The notes under the pieces were generated by a model, which did not search any database, was not told the origin of the DNA, and saw only the letters and a list, made by a program, of their open reading frames with translations. A stretch of DNA of 34,206 nt from NCBI GenBank assembly GCA_032718475.1, contig JAUCBJ010004905.1:1-34206 (forward strand), read 5' to 3'. This stretch comes from Nemertoderma westbladi (taxonomy: Eukaryota; Animalia; Xenacoelomorpha). Positions 11,600-22,851 of this stretch are shown one piece after another (positions within the stretch are counted from its first letter, which is position 1; every line of letters starts with the position of its first letter). A program made the position numbers and the translations under genes.

Positions 11600-13082
11600 C
11601 ATCATCTGTCGGTATCCGAGAGTTTCCCGTAGTGCAACTGAGAGTCCACAGGATAGGGAAGAGCTTAATAGTGAACGCCCTCCTTGACTCCGGCAGTACA
11701 GGCACTTTTATCGACAAAGACCTAGCCGAAGATATCTTTGCTGGTCAACCAAAGTTCCGAATCAAACTAAACCTTTCCGGAATTATGCAGGTTTGGAAAT
11801 CCACAGTATCAACAGATTACTATGTGGGATCATTGTCCACTCCCCAGGATGAACTAGGAGAAAATAGTGTAAGGTCAGTTAAGATGGTGGCGATAAAGAA
11901 CTTTGCTACTAGCCAAGTGGAGCCTTACAACTGGGATGAAGATCATTTTACCCAGCAATATAACATACCTAGTTTCAGTACCGATTATCCAGGGGTACAG
12001 ATATTGCTCGGCCAAAATGCGCACGAGGCACTTGAGACAATAGAAAAATGGCCTGCTCGACCACGACCACTCCAGACTTATGCGGGAAGAACAAGAGTAG
12101 GTTGGTACTTCACTGGTCCTTCCCATAGGACTTTGCAAGAAAGACTCAAGTCCATCAAGTGAATAAGTGGGAGGAAGATATAAGTGAAGAAGAAATTCCA
12201 GCTGAGGAAACTCCATACTCCTCAGATAACGACGACGTGAGTAACTTATATGACGAGGAAAATACCATTGATCTCCTCACTGAGAACCAAACTTGGTTAA
12301 ACCAAGCCAACTTATGTAATCTTATTAGGCAATATAGCGAACAATTGACGTATAACGATGAATTAAATGAAGTGGTAGAGCGATATAATAATAAAATACG
12401 CGATGAACATGCCGTACGATTCTTCACTCAAGAAGCCATAGAACCTAATTCCTACGACAAAGCATTATCGGTCGAGGAAGAGAGAGCCAAGCAGATTCAG
12501 GAAACGACCACACGTTATCTGAAAGATGAAGGTTGTTACGAGATTGGTTTGCTGTTCCGGCGGAGAGAACCCAGCTTCGTGAATAACCGACCTTTAGCGG
12601 AAAAGAGAATTGCGCAACTTCATCGTCGTTTGACGGCTAACGATCGAGCCAAGGAAATGTATAAAACTCAATTGAAGAAGTTTATAGACAAGGGATATGC
12701 GGAGCGAGTTCCGGAAGAAACACCCATAACGGAGAGAACGTATTATTTGACACATCATTACGTTCCCAAGCCCGGTAAACCGAACGAAGTCCGGGTAGTG
12801 TTTGATGGCTCCGCCCTTTATATGGGACAATCCCTAAATTCCGAACTATTGCCGGGACCCAACTTACTCTAATCTTTGTTGGGGATATTACTACGACTGC
12901 GGCAATATTCGATCGCCTTCGCTTCGGACATCGAAGGCATGTTTCTACAAGTCAAAGCAAGGGATCGAGATAGCCTACGATTTCTGTGGTGGCCTGAAAG
13001 AGACCTCAACCGAAAACCGGTGGAGTACTGGATGACCATCCAGGCTTTCGGGATCATCTCGAGCCCCTCGAACGCTAGATAC
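11600..13082 (+). pseudogene. pol: Aspartic protease and N-terminal half of reverse transcriptase; RT truncated by a deletion at about 13082
   Basis: ALLDSGS (Asp at 11686), VQILLGQN, YYLTHHYV, RVVFDGSA, SLNSELLPGPNLL*, SDIEGMFLQV, LRFLWW and FGIISSP. No YVDD motif follows. Confidence 0.92.
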
Positions 13083-15021
13083 TCCAGAATGGTTAGGTGG
13101 ACCCGATTTCCTGAGTAAAGAAGGGGAGGAATGGCCCCCTCATCTCACCACGGTGGAGATTAGACAAGCCAAGGGAGCAGAGAAAGTCAAACCTAAAACC
13201 CGGACGAGTAAATCAAAGTTATTTAAACCAGTGATAGATCTGTCTGTGCTACACACCTCCGGCGACGACGCTGTGGACCTAAACTCACCCATGGATGTTA
13301 CCCAAAATACAACTAAATCCGTTATAGAAATCAGGGAAAGAGACTGGAAATCTGGGACACCAGACGTCTCACAAGGACTCTCTCATCTCTTACAAAGAGC
13401 AATAGATCATTATAGCTCCTGGAATCGTCTTTGCAAGGCCGTTGTGTATTTGAAAAGATGTTTCCATCATCACTATTCCAGGACGAAGATCGCTAATGAT
13501 ACTGCTCTAGTAGTATCTGAAAAGGTCCATGCTACTAAAGACCTTCCCACTTATAGAATGTCTGATAGGTTCCTGACTGAGAAGATCAGTTACCAAGAAC
13601 ATGATGATAACAATAAGCAGATACTGAGACTCCTGCAATGTTACGAGGATTCCGATAAGTATTTCCTGTTGTTGAGAAATCCACAGATGCGCTTAAGGGA
13701 TCGTTTCTCTAGCACAATGATAGATGGGTTAATACGTGTCGGAGGGAGATTAACTAATGCTCCACTGTCCTTTGACACTAAGTTTCCCATACTCATTAGA
13801 AATCTTGAAATACAGATCAAGATGATTGTAGATGTTCACAGTAAGCTTTACCATACTGGTAGAGAACGAGTTCTTAGCGAAATTCGAACTCGCTATTATT
13901 TCCATAAGCCCCGTAGAGCTCTAAACCAAGTTCTTAGGAACTGTATACCCTGTAGGAAAACATTTAGTAGGCCTTTAACACAGCGAGAGGCAGAATTACC
14001 TAGGGAACAAGTAAGCTTTTATGAACCACCCTTTACTAATACTGGTGTGGATTTATTTGGCCCTATTGAAGTATATTGTGCTAGGACTATAGTCAAGCGA
14101 TGGTGCGTCATCTTTGTCTGTATGACTTGTAGAGCGATCCATCTAGATATGGTGAACGATCTATCTACCAACAGCTTCATACTGAGTTTACGCCGACAGA
14201 TCGCTCGTTTTGGGACTAGCAACACTATGAGATCTGACAAGGGAACAAATTTCATTGGTGCCAATAACGAGATCAAAGTTTATGTGAAGGATTGGAACCA
14301 AAGACAGGTGGACGATCAGCTAAGAGTAACAGCATCTAGCTGGACCTTCAACGCCGCCGACGCCCCTTGGTGGGGAGGAAGTTGAGAGAGACTCATACGA
14401 AGCGTGAAGACTGCATTTCACTTTATAGTGCCATGCCGCGCGTATCTCACTGACGAACTTTTGCGGATGTTAATGGAAGAAATCGCCGCCTATCTCAACG
14501 AGAGACCGCTCATGCCAGTCTCATCTAGTCCTGACTCCCTAGAAGCACTAACACCCGTGCATTTCCTACTAAAGAAACCTGTAGTCATGCTCCCGCAATC
14601 GGAAATAACAGACGGAGACGAATACTGCCGACAAACTTGGCAACTTATGCAGTTATTATCCCGTCATTTCGCTGACCATTTCGAAAAACATTATCTTCCT
14701 ACACTACAACTTCGAACAAAATGGTTTGCGCAGTAAGAAAACGTCAGCGCCGGAGACATGGGCCTTATCGTGGAATCAGATCTTCCCCGTAAGAGGTGGC
14801 AGACAGGTCGTATCATCGAGACTCATATTTCCGATGATGGTTTGGTGCGATCGGTAGAACTCGTCGTCATGCGATGTAACTTTAAGAAACCTGGAATTGT
14901 GTTCGAAACACAACAACTTAATCGCCCAGTTGGTCGTTTATGTTTACTGGAAAGAGACCAAGAGTTGTCCGGTAACTATGGAAGGCAAGAGACTCTTCCC
15001 ACGACCACCTCCCTAATCTAA
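13083..15021 (+). pseudogene. pol: Pol C-terminal part: linker, HHCC zinc finger, DDE integrase, DUF5641-like tail
   Basis: WLGGPDFL..WP at about 13090, GLIRVGGRL, H..LYHTG...CIPC, PFTNTGVDLFGP, RAIHLD, SDKGTNF, APWWGGS*ER (probably TGG>TGA at 14383-14385), YLPTLQLRTKW and DGLVRSV. Confidence 0.93.
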
Positions 15022-15632
15022 CAAACATCTAGGGACTCCTCAATGTAACAACGTTTGGAGTGGGTTATCTACATTATTTTTATTTTTTTTATTTTTATAT
15101 TTGTGTGTGTATTATTATGTAATTTTAATTATTATAATCGTTTTCTTTAATTTTATTTAGTAGAATAATATTTTAACGATTATTCAGTAGATTAGTGCAA
15201 TATATTCGTATTTTATTACTTAATTACTTAGTATAATATATTTCGTTTAATGGCGAGAAATAATTCATTTTCTCTTTCCTTACTGTCCGTATCATACTAT
15301 AAATACGTGACTACAGTAAGATGTAATGTCAGTACTAATTAAAGTACAATATACCGCCCCTACTATACTCAAGTATTATTGGTAAGTAGAGTATTAGGAA
15401 TGCAAAGTTCAGATCCTCTTGTCTCGGCTAAACCAAGCTCTGGGTAGACCTTGGAAACGACTTGCCTCTTCTCACTGACATTGCTTCTTGCAATATTGCT
15501 CTCATACCGTATCTTAAATAATACATATAGTAGAATGATGTCCATTCAACAGTAGCGTTGAAACTCAATACATTAACAAATACTATTAATATTATAATAT
15601 TATTAAATAAATCTGTTAATAAATCTTCAAAT

Positions 15633-15980
15633 AAATCTGTTAAACCCTTTGACCATCTGAAATTCTAGTCGATTAGGATATCGCGGCACCCACCGATATA
15701 CTTGAAAGACAAAATTCTAGAAACAGTGGTTAACGTCCCCAGACATGTTCTGGAATAAACCGGTGCCCATCCTAAATGTTAAATATTAAATATTTTATAA
15801 ATATCTACAACGTTTGTTATAACAAATGTTAAAATATGGAAAATTTATAAATCAAATCTGTTAAAAATTTTAGATCCTCTAAAATTCTAGTCGATTAAGA
15901 TATCGTAGTACTTACCGATACTCTTAAAAGACATCTGGAATTAAGGTTCCTAGTCTCCAGACATGTCCTGGAATAAAATT
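15633..15980 (+). repeat. Diverged two-copy tandem repeat (222-bp period) in the pol-ORF2 spacer
   Basis: aattctagtcgatta.gatatcg...ccgata...ccagacatgt.ctggaataaa, with starts at 15661 and 15883. Confidence 0.8.
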
Positions 15981-16798
15981 GTGTCTATTTAAATATCGAA
16001 TAATAAAATTCACGGGAATAAATTTTAAATTCATATCCTCTCATGAATTTGATAAATTGTCATTTTATACAATTTATAACATTCCCAAAATTCCATCAAT
16101 TAATAGATCATGGGAGCGGAGATTCGCCCTATCAAGTATATTAGTGTGAGAGAATCTCCAGTGTACAGTCAATAGCCGATAAAATTCATAAAATCATGTA
16201 TAAAGGGAATATTGACAATTAAAGAATCGCTATTAAATAGCATCCCAGATCTGTATGCATGAGAATTACTCTAATTCTACCGCTAGCTTTCCATAATGTC
16301 ACCATAGTAACAACCACGCTAGAATTAGAAGCGAGTTAAAGAACAATAGAAAGCTTGCCCCACTGAATACCATGCGGAATAAATAGCACCTTGCTAGTAT
16401 CTAGGGATACATAATAATAATGTGGCATTCAGGAAGGCATTTGACTAACGGACAAATGGCCCTAATTTGTACAAATTGTGGCAGGAATGTGGAATTTGTG
16501 TATTTATAGGTGAATGTTACTACTAAAGTGTGTTTACAGTAGCGAGTCGCAGTTGTGAAAGTTACCCTGCCTCTGTAGCAAGTACCTCCAGTATATCCAA
16601 GCCCTTGGGACGGACAGTGGAGTGACTCGCGCTGGTTATTGTTGTCGTTGTGTAGCTACTACGTTGGCGAGAGGCACAGCGACGACAGTACATCAGCGCT
16701 GAGGATCTCACGGTGTCCGGGGGCATAGAGGGGGAGGCAGCGACGACCGCTAGCCTGATTATTATTAACTATAATATCGATAAACTCATATAGCAGCT

Positions 16799-19700
16799 AT
16801 GACTGAGTTGATAGAAGATGATCTTGGTATCAGGGAGCGATATACCCTACCACTGCAAGCGTTTGTCGATAGTTTGATAAGCGGCGACGCTAGTCAACAT
16901 ACTACGGAAGACGATGGCCTTTATATCGAACCGCCAATGTCAAAGGAACAGCTCAAGCGTGAATTGGACTATTGGAAATTCACCGCTCGCTATATGCATC
17001 ATAATGGTACGTATATGGACTTCTTAACTAGTGGTCATCCTATTGATTTACACGATACGGACGATATAGATACCGAAAGGGAAATGATTCTCTTTAAATA
17101 TCATGCACAGTGGAGTCGGAATGATAAACTGAGAATTGAACATGAAAATTATATTCGAAACCGACTCGAAAGAGAAGATGTTGAAGAGCCGGGTAAACGC
17201 AGTGACTTCAACGAATATTTAAAATTCTTGAGAGAAACTTATCTCAATGTAGCCAGTCAACAAAATCTAGAAACTCGATATCCTCAAGGTATACATCATA
17301 ACCCTATGATAGAACTCAAACGGCTCTATTTTACTATGATGTATCTTACCGCCGATCGACCGCTACCTGTTGTACCGGATAGCTTCGAACAGATGGAGGA
17401 ATTTGTAAAACTGGAGAAAGATCACCAGCGTTTCCCCTACAAGACGTGTGTCTTTGGTATTACTGCGATGAATGCCCTAGACCCAACCATCAAACGGAAA
17501 GACGTAAACATCCGCGGAGACGTTGTGCTAAACACAGTTTTACTCGCTATACTTACGGGAGTTTTGAGCGTAACCTATTCGACGTATCACCTACGCTCGC
17601 TCGACTCAAACGCTCCTTAAATAAACCTATGATCAGAGTTCCGGAATACTTGGTCAGACCTCCTCATTCCCTAGTGCGACCTCAGACTCTTGATCCTAAT
17701 AGTATGACAGATCCTCGTGAACTGTACTCATTGTTCAAAGATCTAGTGTTACCCGAACAATTAGTCGGTGGCACTCCGGTTGTGGGCTCCCTAGATATTC
17801 GCCCATCATACCTAGCCGGATTGGGACGCGGACATCTAATATTGCCGTTCAACCCATATAATTGTCCCAGTTTAATTCCGATACAACCTGTCACCGAGGT
17901 GGAGGAAAGTGTTGTACGAAATGCGCTAGATACTATTCGGCAAAAGATCGGAAAAGGAACTTACGATTGTTTAGACAAACGTAAATTGCAACAACAAGTC
18001 CAAGCGGTAAAGGAATTGGCTTTACCTCAGTTTGATCGGGAAATCCAGAATCTTGAGGAAGATATCGAACTTGGACGAACCTACTCTCTACAAGAGTTCT
18101 TGGACGAATGCTTCCAACGACAAGCGGAGGAGAATCAGCTCGAGGAGAAGCACATCGAAATGGATGAGAGAGAGGAAGCAGCTTTAGCCCAACCAGAAGC
18201 TCAAATCCTTATGACGGATCTCTATTCCAAAACCATCATTCATCCTTCGATGGTTCCCCCTTTCGGAGATAAACTCTTCGCCATGGTACAACCCCAACCG
18301 GTTGATATCAACTTAAGATCTAGAGATTTTATCGCTGACGCTCCTATGTTACAACGTCCGCCAATCGAGGCCGCTCGTGTTGACGGTATACTCGTTGAAC
18401 CTCCGGACAATCGAGCGGATCTTGTCCGTCGTATGGTACACGAGGTCAACCTATGCGCTAGACCTTTACCGAACTCATTTTATGGGATCAAAGACCACCC
18501 CTATTATGTCAATTTAACTCAATATTATATGGTGAAACCGGAAGATCCTACACACAGTTTAAAGTTTCTACCATTGATAAATCCTCTTGATCTTGTTGAA
18601 CTCGAACAACTACAGAAACATTTAGACCAATTGATTAAGGTAAACTCATTCAGAAAACGTTATAATGTTTCAAGAATAGAAAAGGACATAATACCTCCGT
18701 ATAATCTCGATGGATTTATTAAAACTCGATTAGTCCAGTGGAATCTCGACGTATTATTCGAGGAAGAGAGAATACAGCGATACGGAAATGCAGATACTTA
18801 TACCACGCATTATCTGAAGTATAGCGATCTACCTAACGCAAGCGAACGTGCAACTTTATGACATCCAGTGGGTATGACCATAGAAAACGCCACCAAAGAG
18901 TGGAACGAAACTCTTAACGTTATTGAAATGTATAGAGTTGTCACTTACGATAATGAAGGTAGCGTTCCGGTTGGGGAACTGGGAACTACGCGAATGATAC
19001 ACATACGAGGACTAGCTGGTTCTACGCATGTATTTACTCGAGCGTGTTCCAGCGTGATCGATTATTCTTTTGAGACTCTCACAGAGATACAAAAGAAACT
19101 CCGACATGGACAATTCGAACTCGCGCAGCGTTATGTTACCGATACCGAGCACAAACCGGCCATGGGTATAGATGGATCTATGCTACCCCAGCCAGTGCTC
19201 GAGATGCTGTTTGACGAGAGAATCCTTAAAATCGGCTCAGCTGTTTATGGAGATCTCCAAAATGACTTCAGAAACATGGAGAATATCCCATATCCTTTCG
19301 TAGACACCCAGCTGATTGCACCATGGGCAGAAGGCCGAGGTTTCTTCCGAACTATGTATGCCAATACATCAAGCGGAATCAATAAAGTACAAAGAACCTC
19401 TATCGGACATCTTGCCTTCCAAGACTATGGATGGAATTTCAAAGTTGGAAATCCCGTCAGTTATCAACAAATATATGGAGACCATTATTCTCGATTATAT
19501 TTTGACGGACCATTAACCGCACCTGGAGTCGTCTATAGCTTTATGAGTGTTCCACTCCGTCCCTCATTAGCTATATACACTATCTTCAAGAACGCCGCAC
19601 TTGCCAGTTGGCTAGCCGATGTGTGCAGTCGCACTATACGCGCTCATCCCTTAGTGCTTGGAACCAAACTCGCCAAGCTAGATGAACACAATAAATTCAT

Positions 19701-21102
19701 CTGATTCGAATGCTTTAGGCGCTTTCTGACTCCGTTCCGCAATGTTGAAAGTCAGTTCAAGGACTGCGCTTTGTCTAAGCTCAGCTTAAGAGACTCAGCT
19801 GCTGAGAAGTTGGACAGCGCTGGATTCGCCATTTTTAAGGACGTTTGTACACAGAACCTACATTCATCTGTCATACAAAGAACCCGAATCCCCACAGGTT
19901 ATTCTATTATGGAAGTTCAAACAGTGGGTTCACTTGAAGAAACAGCTGCACCTATCTCAGCTATGCAAGTGGAAGAAGAACCAGTTTGCTTGGAGTCCGA
20001 GGAGACTCAACCCACAGCGCCCAGGAGCAGCGACAATGATTATGTGTTGGAATGGTATCAGGGTCCACAATGTCTTACGGCATATGATTATCGGCATGCC
20101 AATTACATTTCTAGGAAACGTTGCCGATTATGTGCATCACGAGACCACTTTACCCCGGTGGACTCCAGCGAACCCTGCTCCTACTTTAAAGATCAACCTA
20201 TTATGGAGATTTATTGTGCGTATTGTAGACTCAACAATCTACACATCTTCGCCGCCTGTCCTCAATTTATGACTCAATGTCACCATTGTCAGTACAAAGG
20301 ACACGCAAGTTTCGATTGCCCTTTCAACTGAGATCTGGAGAGCGTAGACGAAACAGTTACCCTGCGCTACATCAGAGCTTGGGAAGCTAACACAGATCTC
20401 CATTGCGAATCACGTCACCGATACTATCCAGGACGTGCGTATGAAGGAGTCTATGCATTTCGCCCATACCTCTTTGCATCCGTCGGACAAAATTCTCGCA
20501 TTCCCAGTTACGAACTGATGAAGCGTGTTGGTGAGAACATTTCCACTAAATATGTTCGCAAATATCTTAGGAATATTAACCCCAATAACCTGAATTCCTA
20601 TAACTTGATCAACTTCATCCATCAAGATCAGGAATACGGCGACTTGTTCATAAACTCGCATCCTGAATTACAAGAAATTCATAGATGACCCTATGAATAT
20701 AAAGCCAGAGAACGCGAATTAGAGAGAATAATTAAACCGCGGAAATTTCTCACTATACACGGTCAACCTACCGCTGTCGTACAAACAACCCATCAAGGAC
20801 CGGTAAGAGCTGCCGTCCTGAAACGAGCTCTAAAGGTTGTTAGACCTCGTTCCACCGATGCTGATATAGATCAACCGGGTACCTCGACCGGCGGATACAC
20901 CTACCATAATCCAAAACCTTCTGATGCAATCGTATTGCACCCTTCCCCCAGGAGTTATAGCCCTCCTGGTAAAGTGGCTCGCCCCAAAGAGAAAAAGACT
21001 CTCACTGGTCTCAAAAGGCTTCGTAAACGCCGTTCACGAAGAAGGACTAATAGTTTAGAGTATTTTTGTATTTTAGAAACTGTGATTTTTTATATTTTAT
21101 AG
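16799..21102 (+). pseudogene. Extra ORF2 of the LTR element, about 1430 codons when reconstructed: unknown N-terminal region, DEDDy 3'-5' exonuclease-like domain, three zinc knuckles, basic C-terminus
   Basis: ORFs 17446-18861, 18868-19704, 19771-20331 and the unlisted continuation to TAG 21100-21102 are one frame interrupted only by four TGA codons. ORF 16799-17620 joins through one -1 shift near 17530. Motifs VVTYDNEG, LPQPVLEMLFDERILKIGSAVYGDL, FVDTQ, SIGHLA, PLTAPGVVY, CHHCQYKGHASFDC and KRLRKRRSRRR. Confidence 0.8.
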
Positions 21103-21119
21103 ACTTTAATCCCATTTTC

Positions 21120-21128
21120 TGGGAGCGG
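21120..21128 (+). promoter_or_regulatory. Short polypurine tract
   Basis: tgggagcgg lies directly before the 3' LTR TG and is preceded by a T run. Confidence 0.65.
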
Positions 21129-22248
21129 TGTAAAAGCTTTTGCGGACATAACTAGTCATTTTCACACAATGCGCAGAATACTCTAAAATAGCCCTAAAAT
21201 TGTTCAACTACGCGTCGGAAAGAAATTAGAACCAAGATGACGAAATCTGTCAGCTGATTCTTTGTATACGTGGAACTCTTTGTCCTGGCTTGTTTGGCCA
21301 ATCAGAGCAATCTTCTCTGTTATACTAACGGAGACCTACCTGAGAACTAGCGCAATGCATTATGGTTATTATTTTTCTGAGAATTAGATTCAGCTCAGAA
21401 TTCTGTGCTTCTGTACAGAAGTTTCAGACTTTAGCCCAAGGAACATCTGATGGCTTTAGTTATAAGAACGTAAATCTATTAACTACCTGCTGGTCATACA
21501 CTTATTTCATATGACTCTCAATTCGTACAACTGGAACTGGACTTGTAACACATATTGACTGTTCACTGCACTGTTTTACTTCTGTTTTATATTGTATTAA
21601 TTGTTGTTTATATTAATGGATGTTATATTTGGAGAATACCGATAAATAATCATAAACCCCTCAATCTTATTGATTACTGAGGTAAGCGGAGAAAGAGTCT
21701 ACCGGTAGCAACTGCGACTTAAATTATAGTGGTTTTGTGTGAATTAAATGCTATTTCATAATCCCTACGTGTGTCAGTTGCAATCCTCCTTATATATGAT
21801 CAAATTCAGTGACGGTCGGCAAATTAGTGTGAAGTAGTGTAAAGTCGTGTGAAGTCGTGTGAAGGTTAATAGAGCATCTCCTAAAGAATGCACTATTTAC
21901 GAAACTGTGTGGCCATCTAGTTGTGATTAGTATAAGTCATAACTCTGTTTTTATACTTAAAGCGCCACGTCCTAAAGGAACTGTTAATATTTCCCCGAAA
22001 GTAAATATAGTTGTCAGAGATTATATAGTAGCGATCAATCGAATAATACAAAGTAGTTTGCACCGCAATACTTCCTAAAGAACCCGAATCCAGTCTCCCA
22101 CACCGTGGGTCATACGCCGCGCACGGACTGGCTTCGGCAGATGTAACTTCAGTACACCAGGTAATTGGTAAGGGCTAAAGTCGATTCATAAACAAAAGGA
22201 CAATTAAAATTGGCAGGTTAAACTGCTAAAGGTCTGAAAGCGCGAACA
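21129..22248 (+). repeat. 3' LTR (1120 bp)
   Basis: Direct repeat of 6023-7102 with +22, -2 and +20 nt indels; followed by the TSD cgttt. Confidence 0.97.
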
Positions 22249-22525
22249 CGTTTATTGTTTTGGTTAGGAAATCCCGCCTCTGTAACCTGCTCCTTTCTCT
22301 CAATTGGTAATTTTATCGTTTATTGTTTTAGTTAGAAAAGACCATCTATGTAACCTGCTCCTTTCCTTCATTTGGAAAAGTGATTGTTTATTGTTTTGGT
22401 TAGAAAATCCCACCTCTGTAACCTGCTCCTTTCCCTGATTTGGTAAAGTGACCGCGTTTATTGTTTTGGTTAGAAAGGCTAGCCTCTGTAACCTGCTCCT
22501 TTCCTTCATTTGGTAAAGTGACTGT
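22249..22525 (+). repeat. 68-70-bp tandem array, right half (4 units)
   Basis: Units start at 22255, 22323, 22391 and 22461. Removing the element and one TSD restores aagtgatcgtttattgttttggttag. Confidence 0.95.
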
Positions 22526-22584
22526 TAGAGTCTTTTACCACAGGCGCATATGGAAATCTATCTCATAGTCTATAAATCATGGAA

Positions 22585-22851
22585 TTTTGAATGTTTTGGA
22601 ACAGGCATAGTGAAACCAACTGTCCGACAGACCAGAAATCAACAAATTTTGAATGTTTTGGCATAGGCATGTTGAAATCAACTGTCTGACAGTCCAGAAA
22701 TCAGCAGTCTGACAGTTCGAAGAAATACCTTGATAAAAAGTCATTAAAGGACAACAAAAGTCATTAAAGGGACAACAAAAGTCATTATGCACAATTCGTA
22801 AAAAAAGGAGGACAAAAAAAGTCAAATAAAAGGACATAAAAAATCACTGCC
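22585..22851 (-). repeat. Inverted copy of the 3255-3433 repeat with an internal duplication of about 62 bp
   Basis: Ends aaaaaatcactgcc. ttttgaatgttttgg..aggcat..gaaa.caactgtc.gacag.ccagaaatca occurs twice. Confidence 0.85.

Larger units (their letters stand above)
6023..22248 (+). mobile_element. Bel/Pao (Belpaoviridae) LTR retrotransposon with both LTRs, 16.2 kb, non-autonomous copy with an extra ORF
   Basis: Two TG...CA LTRs, a CGTTT TSD at 6018-6022 and 22249-22253, gag-protease-RT-integrase order with Bel/Pao-specific motifs, and a purine tract before the 3' LTR. Confidence 0.97.

Noticed and set aside
17520-17580. Hydrophobic stretch VVLNTVLLAILTGVLSVTY suggesting an env membrane anchor
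   Set aside because: It probably lies after the frameshift in the wrong frame, and ORF2 has no signal peptide or ectodomain. Not fully excluded.
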